From: a virus
Strand: one strand, 5' to 3'
Length of the DNA: 52,424 bases
IMG/VR virus record: IMGVR_UViG_3300045988_144509
Coordinates: 1-52,424 of that record
Shown here: positions 1-9,146 of the stretch, one piece after another
Position numbering within the stretch: the first letter of the stretch is position 1
Layout of the letters: each line of letters starts with the position of its first letter
Notes under the pieces: generated by a model
What the model was told of the DNA's origin: nothing
Seen by the model: only the letters and a program-made list of their open reading frames with translations
Database searches by the model: none
Program-made: the position numbers and the translations under genes

Positions 1-931
1 CAGCCTTGATTATAGGTGTTATGATTACGGAATAGATAGATTACAACCAACTTATGCTGAAAGAATTGCTAAATGTTTAGATAAAGACGCACAACCAACA
101 GATATTGAAATTGGCACAAGATACAGCACGATTTCAGATACTTCACCTATTTATTATAAATGTACTGAAAAGCTAGATACAGGAAGTTTTGTGTTAGAAT
201 GTGAAACAGCAGGAACCATAGGAAATGAATACGTAGGCGAGCTTTTACCTATAGAGTATAATAAAAATCTAGGTAGTATTGTTATAAGTACAATTTATAA
301 ACCTGCTAGAGATTTAGAAACTGATGATGAACTAAGAGAAAGAACAATTGAATGGTTAAGAAATAAACCTTTCGGCGGTAACGTTCAAGACTACGTTAAC
401 TGGTGTACAGAATATGACGGTATTGGTCAAGTTCAAGTTTATCCTACTTGGAACGGCGGTGGTACTGTTAAATTATCTATTATAGACCCATCAAATAATA
501 CTTGCTCTCCAGAATTTATTGAGCAAGTAAAAGACTATTTCGACCCAGAGCCTTATGCAACAGGATTGGGACAAGCTCCAATAGGTCATAATGTAACAGT
601 AGTAACGGCAACAGAAAAAGAAATAAATATTTCCGCTGATGTAATGTTAGATGAAACGTATAAGCAAGGACAAATTAAAGAGCCATGTAAACAAGCTATT
701 CAAGGCTATATTGATGAACTACGTTCGGAATGGGGAAAAAGTGACAGATTAAATAAATACTCTTTAACTGTTGCAATATTTAAAATAATAGTAGCTTTAA
801 ATACAGTTAGTGGGATAATCAACGTTACAAATGTAACAATAAATGGAGAAAGTAAAGATTTAGAACTTACGGAAGATAAACTTAAACAAGAATTACCAAA
901 ATTAGGCGAGGTTACAATAAATGCTACATGA
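1..931 (+). CDS. Baseplate J-like protein (XkdT/gpJ-like), C-terminal part; same gene as 52094..52424 across the circular junction
   Basis: Frame 2 is open from nt 2 to the TGA at 929-931. The upstream part of the same frame is found at the window end because of the 119-nt terminal repeat. Position after XkdS-like 51686..52090 matches PBSX-type baseplate order. Confidence 0.55.
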   Translation, partial: SLDYRCYDYGIDRLQPTYAERIAKCLDKDAQPTDIEIGTRYSTISDTSPIYYKCTEKLDTGSFVLECETAGTIGNEYVGELLPIEYNKNLGSIVISTIYKPARDLETDDELRERTIEWLRNKPFGGNVQDYVNWCTEYDGIGQVQVYPTWNGGGTVKLSIIDPSNNTCSPEFIEQVKDYFDPEPYATGLGQAPIGHNVTVVTATEKEINISADVMLDETYKQGQIKEPCKQAIQGYIDELRSEWGKSDRLNKYSLTVAIFKIIVALNTVSGIINVTNVTINGESKDLELTEDKLKQELPKLGEVTINAT

Positions 932-1814
932 CCTTAAAAGATATGTTCCTATTGTTTATAATGGAATACAAGAAATGGATAATATTATAAACACAGAGCA
1001 ACAAGAAATAGATACTTTGTATGGTGAAATGAAACTTGCTTATAATAGGCAAACTGTAATAAATGCTGATGAAAAAGGAATATCTTTATATGAAGCAATA
1101 CTTAATATAAATTCTGATAGTTCAGCAGAAAGCCTAGAATTTAGAAAGCAAAAAGTTATATTTCAATTAACAACTGCACCTCCATTCAGTTTTAATTTTT
1201 TACTGCAACAGCTAGATAAAATAGCAGGTAGAGAAAATTATAAAGCGTGGATAGATTTTAACAATTATACTTTATACATTCAATCTGAAACAAGCAATAA
1301 ATTATGGTTTAACGAATTAACTTTACTTCTTGCTAGAATTAAGCCTGCTAATATTTTATATATTTATATTGGATATAAAAAAACAGAAATAGGAGTAAAA
1401 AGCGAAACTTCTTATAAAATATCTGAATGGAAATATAAATTAAATGGTACATGGCTATTAGGTCAATATCCTTTTTACGTGGACGGTGAAGAAACAAAAA
1501 TGGGTACAAACAGTGTAAAAGATTTTACATTAAATAAAGTAGCCGAATATGTAAAATCTATAATAGATAATGTATATATAAACGACAGCGAGGTATGTTC
1601 TAAAGAACAGTTTTCTTTATTTGATGTATCAGATAATTTAATACAAATAGAATTTATATATCCTTTATTAGCAAAAACAGCAACTAAAGAAATAACTAAT
1701 CTAAAAATAAGAGACGCTTCAAATAATGTTTTGATTGAAAAACAATTATATATTGCCGCAGATGAAAGCGTAACAGTACATCTGGATATAAATACATTGG
1801 AGGTATTAAGTTAA
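921..1814 (+). CDS. Tail/baseplate protein (XkdU/DUF2313-like position)
   Basis: 297-aa ORF directly after baseplate J with overlapping start, upstream of the tail fibre gene; synteny only. Confidence 0.35.
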   Translation: MLHDLKRYVPIVYNGIQEMDNIINTEQQEIDTLYGEMKLAYNRQTVINADEKGISLYEAILNINSDSSAESLEFRKQKVIFQLTTAPPFSFNFLLQQLDKIAGRENYKAWIDFNNYTLYIQSETSNKLWFNELTLLLARIKPANILYIYIGYKKTEIGVKSETSYKISEWKYKLNGTWLLGQYPFYVDGEETKMGTNSVKDFTLNKVAEYVKSIIDNVYINDSEVCSKEQFSLFDVSDNLIQIEFIYPLLAKTATKEITNLKIRDASNNVLIEKQLYIAADESVTVHLDINTLEVLS

Positions 1815-3091
1815 TGGCAGAAGTTATACCACAGATAAATATAGATGGTACAAAAATAAAAAACACATGGACAGAAAAAGAGTATGTTACAGATAAAGTA
1901 TATAATGCTTTAAACAAAGCGGTTATAGATTTAAAAAACAATAACAATTTACTAGACTCAAACTCAATTCTGTTTAGAGAAAAATATAACTCATCTTCTA
2001 AAAACTTAAATAACGCTATTCATCAAGGTGTATATTCTTTCACAAGTTCGGCTATTAACGCTCCTAGCGGTGTTAATGGTGGTAATTTATTAGTAACAAA
2101 TACATCTAAAACAAATCAAGGCTCAAGCATTATCACTCAAATTGCATTTTGCCACAATGGAGCTATATATATAAGAACAAAAAATACTACAGAAAATTTC
2201 ACTAACTGGATTTTAGTAAGCGGTAATACTGGCGGAATTAAAAGTATTAAAGGCTCTAATGATACACTAACTATAACTAAAGGCGATAACAGCACACAAG
2301 ATATAAATATAAATAATGTAAAAATTTCAGAAAAAGCGACTCAAGATAGCCAAGGACAAACAATTAACACAACATATGTAAAAGGTGTATCAGCTAGTAA
2401 TGCTACTTTAACTATAACAAAAGGAAATGGTTCTACTAGCACTATAACAGTTAATAATGTGAATAATGCTATAAATGCAAATAACTCTACTTCTACAGCG
2501 GTATTTAATCTTAGTTATGTAGGCACAAGAGGTGCTAGTGGATTATCCTTTTCCATGGAAGATAGTAGTAATATTATGGAGTTATTAAGAATATCTTCAA
2601 GCCAAGAAAATAAAGCTGTATTAAGAATTAGGAGTATAGGAGATTATATTCAATTTTTAAATTGTAATAACGCAACACAACAAAACAAATTGATATGTAA
2701 TTTCCCTACTTCACCAACAGCGCCAACACCAAGCACCAGTGATAATAGTACAAAAATAGCAACAACAGCTTTTGTTAAATCTTTATTTACAGCAAGTAAA
2801 GCAACTAATGGATGGCATAAAGAAGCAAGCACTGGGTTTATATGGCAATGGGGGCAAGAAGCAAATTATCATGATATTATGGATAGAGATTACAATAGTA
2901 GTGGCTCTTTAAATTTTCCTATATCTTTTCCGAATAAATGTTTAGCAGTAATGCCTTACTTGATAGGAAGTAAAACTTTTTGCTGTGTTAGTGTTTCTAG
3001 CTTCACTAATGAAACAATTACTGTACATTGGGATGAGTGGGCATCTAACGTACAAAGTGTAAAGTTTGGATATATAGCAGTAGGTTATTAG
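1814..3091 (+). CDS. Tail fibre / receptor-binding protein with internal repeats
   Basis: 425 aa, Asn/Thr/Ser-rich. Internal repeats TLTITKGDNSTQDININNVK and TLTITKGNGSTSTITVNNVN. ATGA start overlap with the upstream gene. Located after the baseplate genes. Confidence 0.5.
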   Translation: MAEVIPQINIDGTKIKNTWTEKEYVTDKVYNALNKAVIDLKNNNNLLDSNSILFREKYNSSSKNLNNAIHQGVYSFTSSAINAPSGVNGGNLLVTNTSKTNQGSSIITQIAFCHNGAIYIRTKNTTENFTNWILVSGNTGGIKSIKGSNDTLTITKGDNSTQDININNVKISEKATQDSQGQTINTTYVKGVSASNATLTITKGNGSTSTITVNNVNNAINANNSTSTAVFNLSYVGTRGASGLSFSMEDSSNIMELLRISSSQENKAVLRIRSIGDYIQFLNCNNATQQNKLICNFPTSPTAPTPSTSDNSTKIATTAFVKSLFTASKATNGWHKEASTGFIWQWGQEANYHDIMDRDYNSSGSLNFPISFPNKCLAVMPYLIGSKTFCCVSVSSFTNETITVHWDEWASNVQSVKFGYIAVGY

Positions 3092-3101
3092 GGGTGATTA
3101 A

Positions 3102-3806
3102 ATGGATAAAGATTATTTAATACAATTCAATACAGATGGAAAACGTTTAAACACATACGCAAATGGAGTACATTATCAAATTATCGAACCTCAACCAATA
3201 ATAGAAACAAAAATAGATAAAGAAACAGGCGAAGCAATAGAAGAAGTAATAGGTTATACAGATGAGGAAATATTAAACCTTGTAGACAGCTTCGATTATC
3301 AAACTGTTATAGATAATGGCGGTGTGTGGTTTGGTCAAGATGATTATAATAAACTAATTGGCAATGCAAACAAAGAATACATCTATAAAAATGGTCAAAT
3401 TGTAGAAAAACCACCAGAACCAATTGATATTGAAGCACTTAAAACAGCTAAGATTGCGGAAATGAAAGCCGAACGAGATAATAGAGAAGTGCAAGATATT
3501 GAATACAATGGTAAGATGTTCGACTATGACGATAAATCAAGGGAACGATTAACACTATCACGACAAGCCCTAGAAGATAACAAAACAGAAAGCATTTTAT
3601 GGACTTGTGCCGATAATACTTTTGCTACTCTAACACTAGAAGATTTCAAGGCAATTAATACATTATCTGCAACACGTTCAACCCAGCTGCACGAGCAATA
3701 CAATAAATTAAAACTATTAATTAACTCTTTAGAAACAGAGGAACAAATAAAAGAAGTAACATTTGATACAGATACATCAACAATCACATTAAATACAGGT
3801 AATTAA
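3102..3806 (+). CDS. Tail-associated hypothetical protein (possible second fibre or assembly protein)
   Basis: 234-aa acidic ORF with RBS, between the tail fibre and the lysis genes. Confidence 0.35.
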   Translation: MDKDYLIQFNTDGKRLNTYANGVHYQIIEPQPIIETKIDKETGEAIEEVIGYTDEEILNLVDSFDYQTVIDNGGVWFGQDDYNKLIGNANKEYIYKNGQIVEKPPEPIDIEALKTAKIAEMKAERDNREVQDIEYNGKMFDYDDKSRERLTLSRQALEDNKTESILWTCADNTFATLTLEDFKAINTLSATRSTQLHEQYNKLKLLINSLETEEQIKEVTFDTDTSTITLNTGN

Positions 3807-3807
3807 A

Positions 3808-4077
3808 ATGGACATAAATATTTTATCCACAATTCTTGGTGTTATTATTTCTATTGCCACACTAACTACTGTAATAGTAACAATAGTAAAAAAAGCTATA
3901 ATAAAACCAATGATAGAACCTCTTATTTGTAATATAGAAAAGCAGGCGATATTATTTGATACATTAATAAAAAAAATGGCAGAAATAGAACAAGAACAAC
4001 AATTAATGATGAAAAGACAGCAAGACAACGAAATAAAACTTGCACGTATTGACGAACGAATGAAACATATGTTATAA
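3808..4077 (+). CDS. BhlA/UviB-like holin-like protein
   Basis: 89 aa. N-terminal TM helix (ILSTILGVIISIATLTTVIVTIV) followed by a charged coiled-coil tail, the architecture of BhlA/UviB holin-like proteins. Immediately upstream of the second holin and the endolysin. Confidence 0.45.
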   Translation: MDINILSTILGVIISIATLTTVIVTIVKKAIIKPMIEPLICNIEKQAILFDTLIKKMAEIEQEQQLMMKRQQDNEIKLARIDERMKHML

Positions 4078-4094
4078 TATAACGAGGTGTATAA

Positions 4095-4277
4095 ATGAAT
4101 ATAAATATATTTCATGTATACTTAGTTCTAGCTATAGGTTTAATCATTCTTGATGGTATAGCTCTTTGGCAAGGACAGACAGACGGCTTCATGCTTATTA
4201 CTGGTGGTTTATTAGGTGCTTTAAAAGTAGAAATGCCTAATTCCGCTAAAGGAGGAAAAAGCGACGTTAAACAATAG
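4095..4277 (+). CDS. Holin (class with two TM helices)
   Basis: 60 aa, two hydrophobic helices, Lys-rich C-terminus; RBS GAGGTG. Precedes the endolysin gene. Confidence 0.5.
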   Translation: MNINIFHVYLVLAIGLIILDGIALWQGQTDGFMLITGGLLGALKVEMPNSAKGGKSDVKQ

Positions 4278-4956
4278 TTTAGTTTTAAAATATGAAGCAG
4301 GTGGCAATCCTGCAACAGTTAGCACAGGCGGTGGGGACTTAGGCGGTATTAGCTACGGTTCTTATCAGTTCAGTTCCGAAAGTGGTATCGTTGAAGATTT
4401 TGTTAATTGGTTATGTAATTATAAAGAAGATTGCTACGCTAATTATGGGCGAGTTCTAAAAAATGCTTATCCTGTAAACTCAACTAAATTCATTAACGAA
4501 TGGAAATCTATCGGAACTATTGACAGACAAGGTTTTCAAAAACTTCAAGATGAATACGCAGGCGATATGTATTATAATGCTGGCTATTGGGCTTTAAAAA
4601 ATCATGATTATGATATGGAAAAACACAGTGAAGCAATGAAATCTGTTTTATTTAGTCGCTCAATTCAATATGGTGCTGGCAATATGTACGAACTTTACAC
4701 GGAAGCAGTAAGGTTAATGGGATATCCTAATTTAAGTTATGTAGACCATAAAGCGTTTGATAAGCGAATGATTGAATGTATTTATGATTTCTTAATTCAA
4801 GAGTGTGATAACGCATATCAATTATCTAATGGTAATTACCATAGTCCTAAGGATTGGTGCAATGGCAGTTATACAGTCGTAAAAGTTGGCTTGCGAAATC
4901 GTTTCATCAATGAAAAGCAAGACGCATTAAATTTATTATCTTCGGAGGAAAAATAA
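4264..4956 (+). CDS. Endolysin with GH108-like lysozyme N-terminal domain; canonical start position occupied by ACG
   Basis: Frame 1 is open from 4231 to 4956 with no ATG/GTG/TTG until the M at 4567. Translation ..LNNSLVLKYEAGGNPATVSTGGGDLGGISYGSYQF.. resembles GH108 N-termini (FVLKWEGGY..DPGGAT.YGIT). A GGAGG at 4251-4255 lies 8 nt upstream of ACG 4264-4266, exactly where an ATG would be expected. 3' overlap with the holin is typical of lysis cassettes. Confidence 0.45.
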   Translation, partial: TLNNSLVLKYEAGGNPATVSTGGGDLGGISYGSYQFSSESGIVEDFVNWLCNYKEDCYANYGRVLKNAYPVNSTKFINEWKSIGTIDRQGFQKLQDEYAGDMYYNAGYWALKNHDYDMEKHSEAMKSVLFSRSIQYGAGNMYELYTEAVRLMGYPNLSYVDHKAFDKRMIECIYDFLIQECDNAYQLSNGNYHSPKDWCNGSYTVVKVGLRNRFINEKQDALNLLSSEEK

Positions 4957-5291
4957 TGGTTGATTGTTTTAGTCCTGATATCAAAAAAGATTTTTATGTT
5001 AGTGTAAAAGCTATTCATGCCGTAGAATGTGAAGCATGGAAAGATTTTAAAGGTCATCAAAAAGGTGATAGCGGTTATAAAATTTATTATCCAGATGGAT
5101 ATATTAGTTGGTGTCCTAAAGAAGTTTTTGAAAAACAATATCTAAAACTTGAAAGCGAAGAAGAAGTAAAAGATAATGATGTTCGCAACTATATTTATAG
5201 AAGCGGAATTGAAAAAGATGTTGATTTTTCTTATATTAAATTTTTATTAAAAGATATTTTAAAATGGGCAAAAGAAGGATTAAAAAGATAA
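4956..5291 (+). CDS. Hypothetical protein
   Basis: 111-aa ORF, ATGG overlap with the endolysin stop. Confidence 0.35.
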   Translation: MVDCFSPDIKKDFYVSVKAIHAVECEAWKDFKGHQKGDSGYKIYYPDGYISWCPKEVFEKQYLKLESEEEVKDNDVRNYIYRSGIEKDVDFSYIKFLLKDILKWAKEGLKR

Positions 5292-5519
5292 ATGGATAAA
5301 CTTATTTTATATTCTAAAGAACCAATTTCAGACGCTGACAAAAATAAAATTAAACAAATTTTTGAGCAGTCCAACAATCCGCATGAAAGCCTAATTTCAT
5401 CTATTGAACGTTATTCATTTATGCAAGGATATCAATTATTTTTTGACGGATTAGAAGCAAGAGAACGCTCTCAAGCTCCTTGCGAAGATTATGTCTACTT
5501 TAACGCAAATGATAACTAA
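5292..5519 (+). CDS. Hypothetical protein
   Basis: 75-aa ORF, tightly packed after the previous gene. Confidence 0.3.
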   Translation: MDKLILYSKEPISDADKNKIKQIFEQSNNPHESLISSIERYSFMQGYQLFFDGLEARERSQAPCEDYVYFNANDN

Positions 5520-6102
5520 TATCACAAATTTTATCAAAACGCACAAAAAGGCAGTCGTTATATCGGCTGTCTTAGCGTTTATTTTAATAGTCTTAATGTA
5601 TTTGTATCTACAAGATAAAAAAACTGTCAGCGAGCCTGTAAACGCTGTTAAAATCGAAAGTACTAATATTAAAGACAATGATACACTACAAAAAGACTTA
5701 GACATAAATCAAGATGAAGCAAGTCAAATAATTGACAAAATAGATGAAATTGAGCAAGGTAAAATTGAACCTGTAGCAACTACAACAATAAAATCTGAAA
5801 ATTTAGAAAGTGCAACTAATGAAGTTGTGGATAAAATTAATAATCAAGACACATCTTTACCAAAAGAAGCACTAGAAAAAACAGATAAAACTATTGTTAC
5901 AGATAACCCCAATCAAGATTATGATATTGGAGTTTATAAAATAGACTTAGAAAAAGATTATAAGCTTAAAGTTGGGCAAACAATTTATAAAAATGAAATA
6001 AATTGGGCTGTTGGATATGAGCATAAAAAATTAGAAGTAATAATACATGGTCAAGACAAAGTAAATGGTGTTACTGCTATGTATACTGTTAAGGAGTGGT
6101 AA
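5491..6102 (+). CDS. Membrane-anchored acidic protein
   Basis: 203 aa with N-terminal TM helix (AVVISAVLAFILIVLMYLYL) and an acidic, extended C-terminal region. Confidence 0.4.
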   Translation: MSTLTQMITNITNFIKTHKKAVVISAVLAFILIVLMYLYLQDKKTVSEPVNAVKIESTNIKDNDTLQKDLDINQDEASQIIDKIDEIEQGKIEPVATTTIKSENLESATNEVVDKINNQDTSLPKEALEKTDKTIVTDNPNQDYDIGVYKIDLEKDYKLKVGQTIYKNEINWAVGYEHKKLEVIIHGQDKVNGVTAMYTVKEW

Positions 6103-6377
6103 AAATGGAAAACCAAAACGAAATGAAAGAAACGTTAGAAAAATTAGGCACTGTTATAGCTATGGGTATAAATCTATATAAAAAAATAATAATGGGGCTT
6201 ATGGTTATTATTGTTACTCTTATTCTTACTATTGGCGGAGTTGTTGGCGGTTTTGTGTACTATTTATCACAGTATGACGTTGTTACTACAAACGTCGGGA
6301 GCATGGGTGATGATAATAATGTAGTACGTGGAGACCAAAATAATATGAACGCTGAAACAATTAACAATGGTAAATAA
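6096..6377 (+). CDS. Small membrane protein
   Basis: 93 aa with one TM helix (IIMGLMVIIVTLILTIGGVVGGFVYYL). Confidence 0.35.
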   Translation: MVKMENQNEMKETLEKLGTVIAMGINLYKKIIMGLMVIIVTLILTIGGVVGGFVYYLSQYDVVTTNVGSMGDDNNVVRGDQNNMNAETINNGK

Positions 6378-6379
6378 TA

Positions 6380-6826
6380 ATGCCTAGATATCGTTCAGAT
6401 GGTAGTGCTACTTTCGTAGAGAAAAGGCGAAAAGATGGCAAGGCTCGTGGTGTAATGTACCGCAAGCCTACCAACAACACATACTCTACAGATTTATCTT
6501 TGCAACGTGTTCAAATGGCAGATTTACAAATGGAACAAGATAAAAACAACAGCCTAGATTTAAAGTAGGTGTTAATCATACTAGAACATAGAAAGCAAGC
6601 AAAAGAATATATAGAAAACACAAACAAAACTAATCTAATATACGTCATAGAAGAATTGAATTTAGACGAGGATAAGAGAGAAGTACTAGACTTAAAATTT
6701 ATAAAAGGTTTAAAGAATTATCAAGTTGCTATGGAAACTAACCGCTCACTAGAGAACGTTAATAATATAGTTGGCAGGGCTTATGATAAAGTCTTTAGAT
6801 TAATAAAGAAAGGTATATTTAAATGA
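6380..6826 (+). pseudogene. Late transcriptional regulator-like protein (sigma-70 region-4-type HTH), single frame interrupted by in-frame TAG at 6566-6568
   Basis: ORFs 6380..6568 and 6569..6826 share one reading frame separated only by TAG. The downstream part has no SD or start of its own; its GTG start is part of the sequence directly after the stop. The C-terminal part contains a sigma-r4-like HTH (LKFIKGLKNYQVAMETNRSLENVNNIVGRAYDKV). The combined length of 148 codons fits ArpU/RinA-type late activators. Confidence 0.4.
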
Positions 6827-7290
6827 TATATAGAGCAAAAGGAAAAGACGATAAATTTAAATACGGATATAAACTAATAGTGCCTAAAAAACCATTCACT
6901 AGTCCTCCTGTGGGCAGTGAACCACAAGAGCCTACACTCATTAATTATATCATGCCTTCTGATACAGAAGAATATCGAGATGTAGAAGATTATTCAACGT
7001 TGGCGGTAGAAGTAGTCGAACCATTCCAGATGAATATAGGAACAGCAGGCAAAAACAGTGTTGAGCTTTACGAAGGCGATATCATAACAGCAACAATTTA
7101 TCCGTTCGAAAATTTTAACGGCTTGATTGTATGGAATGACAGCAAGAAAAGCTATATGTGTGAATATCGTAAAAAGCCAACATATATGGGCAAATCAATT
7201 TTTAACGGTATGCAAATACAACTAGAGTATCTAGCAAATGCTAATATAGATGTTATAGGAAATAATATTGACAATACTGATTTATTATGA
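6823..7290 (+). CDS. YopX-family protein
   Basis: 155 aa with the YopX-like core ..VELYEGDIITATIYPFENFNGLIVWND.. Confidence 0.45.
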   Translation: MIYRAKGKDDKFKYGYKLIVPKKPFTSPPVGSEPQEPTLINYIMPSDTEEYRDVEDYSTLAVEVVEPFQMNIGTAGKNSVELYEGDIITATIYPFENFNGLIVWNDSKKSYMCEYRKKPTYMGKSIFNGMQIQLEYLANANIDVIGNNIDNTDLL

Positions 7291-7332
7291 TATTATATAA
7301 GTGTAGATTTCATATAATACCTTCCTGTACTG

Positions 7333-7365
7333 GCGGTCAGATTAATTTCTGACTGCTATTTTTTA
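7333..7365 (+). terminator. Rho-independent terminator
   Basis: Stem gcggtcag / ctgactgc with a 9-nt loop, followed by a T-run. Confidence 0.5.
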
Positions 7366-7374
7366 TAAAAAGTG

Positions 7375-7403
7375 TTGACAATATATAAATTATATGTTAT
7401 ACT
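7375..7403 (+). promoter_or_regulatory. Sigma-A type promoter
   Basis: TTGACA-17 nt-TATACT. Confidence 0.5.
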
Positions 7404-7528
7404 ATATTCATAGTTATAGATTACTATTATTGCCATAATAAAATATCCTACCATTAAGGCAGTCTGAAAAGGCTGTCTTTTTTAATAATATACTACTAAT
7501 ATTTTTATTATAATAATTAGAAAAACTA

Positions 7529-7557
7529 TTGACAATAACTAAACATTATGCTACAAT
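7529..7557 (+). promoter_or_regulatory. Sigma-A type promoter
   Basis: TTGACA-17 nt-TACAAT. Confidence 0.5.
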
Positions 7558-7615
7558 ATAATTATTCTAAGCTTTAAATTTCTTTTTCATAACATTCCTT
7601 TCTTAAATTATTTTT

Positions 7616-7643
7616 AGCGGTTGGCTTCGGCTGACCGCTTTTT
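7616..7643 (+). terminator. Rho-independent terminator (UUCG tetraloop)
   Basis: gcggttggc-ttcg-gctgaccgc stem followed by TTTTT. Confidence 0.45.
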
Positions 7644-7693
7644 AATTTGTTTTATAGGTGTCGCCAATTTTGGATACACCCTATAAATATATA

Positions 7694-7722
7694 TTGATTA
7701 ATGTTTAATTATATGGTATAAT
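7694..7722 (+). promoter_or_regulatory. Sigma-A type promoter of the Rha gene
   Basis: TTGATT-17 nt-TATAAT, about 35 nt upstream of the 7758 ATG. Confidence 0.5.
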
Positions 7723-7757
7723 AATATATAAAAATTTTAATAAGAGAGGTTTACAAA

Positions 7758-8435
7758 ATGGATAAACAAATAAAAAGTTTAGAGAAAGATTTAAAATTGG
7801 TTGATGTAGTTAATAATGAAATCGTGGTATCAAGCAGACAAGTTGCTGAACACTTTGGAAAAGAACACCGTCATGTGCTTGATAGTATTCGTGATATTTT
7901 GGCTGCCGAAATTTCGGCTGCGAAATTTTACCATGAAACCACATTTGAAAATCGTGGTAAACAGTATCCAATGTATCTAATGGATAGGGACGGATTTTCA
8001 CTCTTGGTAATGGGATTTAGTGGCAAAGAAGCTTTAAAGTGGAAAATAAAATATATTGAAGCTTTTAACTCTATGGAACAGCGACTTAAATTAATCGAAC
8101 AGCAAGAAATAGGACGTTTAATCGAGCGTATGAAAGGGAAAGAAGTTCGTAGAACATTAACAGACGCAATTAAGGAAAATGTTCCCGAAACTCCACATAA
8201 AAGATTTATGTATAAGAACTTTACAGATTTAGCCTACAAGACAGTTTTTGGAATGAACACAAAACAAATGAGATATGATAGAGGTTTAGAAAAAGGCGAT
8301 AGCTTAAGAGACTGTTTTAATGAGCAAGAATTAAAACAAGTTAAAGGAGCTGAAAGCGTAATAAAAGGCTTCTTAGACATGGGATATTCTTACAGTGATG
8401 TAAAAGACATATTGGCAAAGAAATATATAAGTTAA
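7758..8435 (+). CDS. Phage regulatory protein, Rha family (N-terminal Rha domain + ORF6C-like C-terminus)
   Basis: 225 aa. N-terminus ..VVSSRQVAEHFGKEHRHVLDSIRDIL.. matches the Phage_pRha signature. RBS AGAGAGG. Confidence 0.6.
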   Translation: MDKQIKSLEKDLKLVDVVNNEIVVSSRQVAEHFGKEHRHVLDSIRDILAAEISAAKFYHETTFENRGKQYPMYLMDRDGFSLLVMGFSGKEALKWKIKYIEAFNSMEQRLKLIEQQEIGRLIERMKGKEVRRTLTDAIKENVPETPHKRFMYKNFTDLAYKTVFGMNTKQMRYDRGLEKGDSLRDCFNEQELKQVKGAESVIKGFLDMGYSYSDVKDILAKKYIS

Positions 8436-8442
8436 TAAAAAT

Positions 8443-8476
8443 AAGGGTGCTAGTTTAATTACTAGTACCCTTTTAG
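8443..8476. terminator. Bidirectional terminator between convergent genes
   Basis: Inverted repeat aagggtgctagt / actagtaccctt with a 6-nt loop and T-runs on both sides. Confidence 0.45.
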
Positions 8477-8487
8477 TTTGCAATAAA

Positions 8488-8739
8488 TTACATAGCATAT
8501 AAAGAATGGTGCTTAATATTTAAATCTTTTGTAGCTTCTTTTCTGAATAAATCATAATCCATTTCTACATAATTTAATATCAGCTCTCTTTTGTCATAAA
8601 ATATAAACTTTGTCATGTTGTCTTTCTTTCTGTACAATCCTAATATTTTGTACGACTCGTTTTCTTCTTTATTTATAAATTCGTATCCACTTTTATAATC
8701 CTCTTCTAACATTTCATCTAATAAACTCATTTTATACAC
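8488..8739 (-). CDS. Hypothetical protein
   Basis: 83-aa ORF; first gene of the minus-strand early block. Confidence 0.35.
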   Translation of the reverse strand: MYKMSLLDEMLEEDYKSGYEFINKEENESYKILGLYRKKDNMTKFIFYDKRELILNYVEMDYDLFRKEATKDLNIKHHSLYAM

Positions 8740-8741
8740 TC

Positions 8742-9146
8742 CTATTTATATTTATACTCTAATTTTAACTGCTTACAGATGTCATAAGCCTTGTAAAGCT
8801 CATCTAAAGAAAGCCAGCTAAAGTGGCAATCTTCTATACTTATGCCTAATCTATCTGCAAGTTTTTGATACAATTCTTTTCTTAAATTTCTGTTACCTCC
8901 TCGTCTTTTCCATATTTTATCAAACACTTCATGACATCTTTTTCTCATTTCCCTAGTTGGTTTGTCTGCAAGTACACCCAAAGCGCGTCTAAAATTATTC
9001 TTGTGTGTGCTTACACTAGCATGACATTTAGTACACACATAACAATAACCACTTCCATATCTATTACCATTTAATTTTTGTGTAGTAGTTAACATTACAT
9101 AACCACCACAAATGGGGCATTTTTTAGGATAATAATTAATTGTCAT
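8742..9146 (-). CDS. Zinc-finger protein (CxxC..CxxC)
   Basis: 134 aa with CPICGG...CYVCTKC and a further CH..C motif; basic. Confidence 0.4.
   Translation of the reverse strand: MTINYYPKKCPICGGYVMLTTTQKLNGNRYGSGYCYVCTKCHASVSTHKNNFRRALGVLADKPTREMRKRCHEVFDKIWKRRGGNRNLRKELYQKLADRLGISIEDCHFSWLSLDELYKAYDICKQLKLEYKYK

Noticed and set aside
7456-7490. Possible terminator aaggcagtctgaaaaggctgtctttttt
   Set aside because: The two arms are a direct rather than inverted repeat; only a weak 7-bp stem with a mismatch can form.
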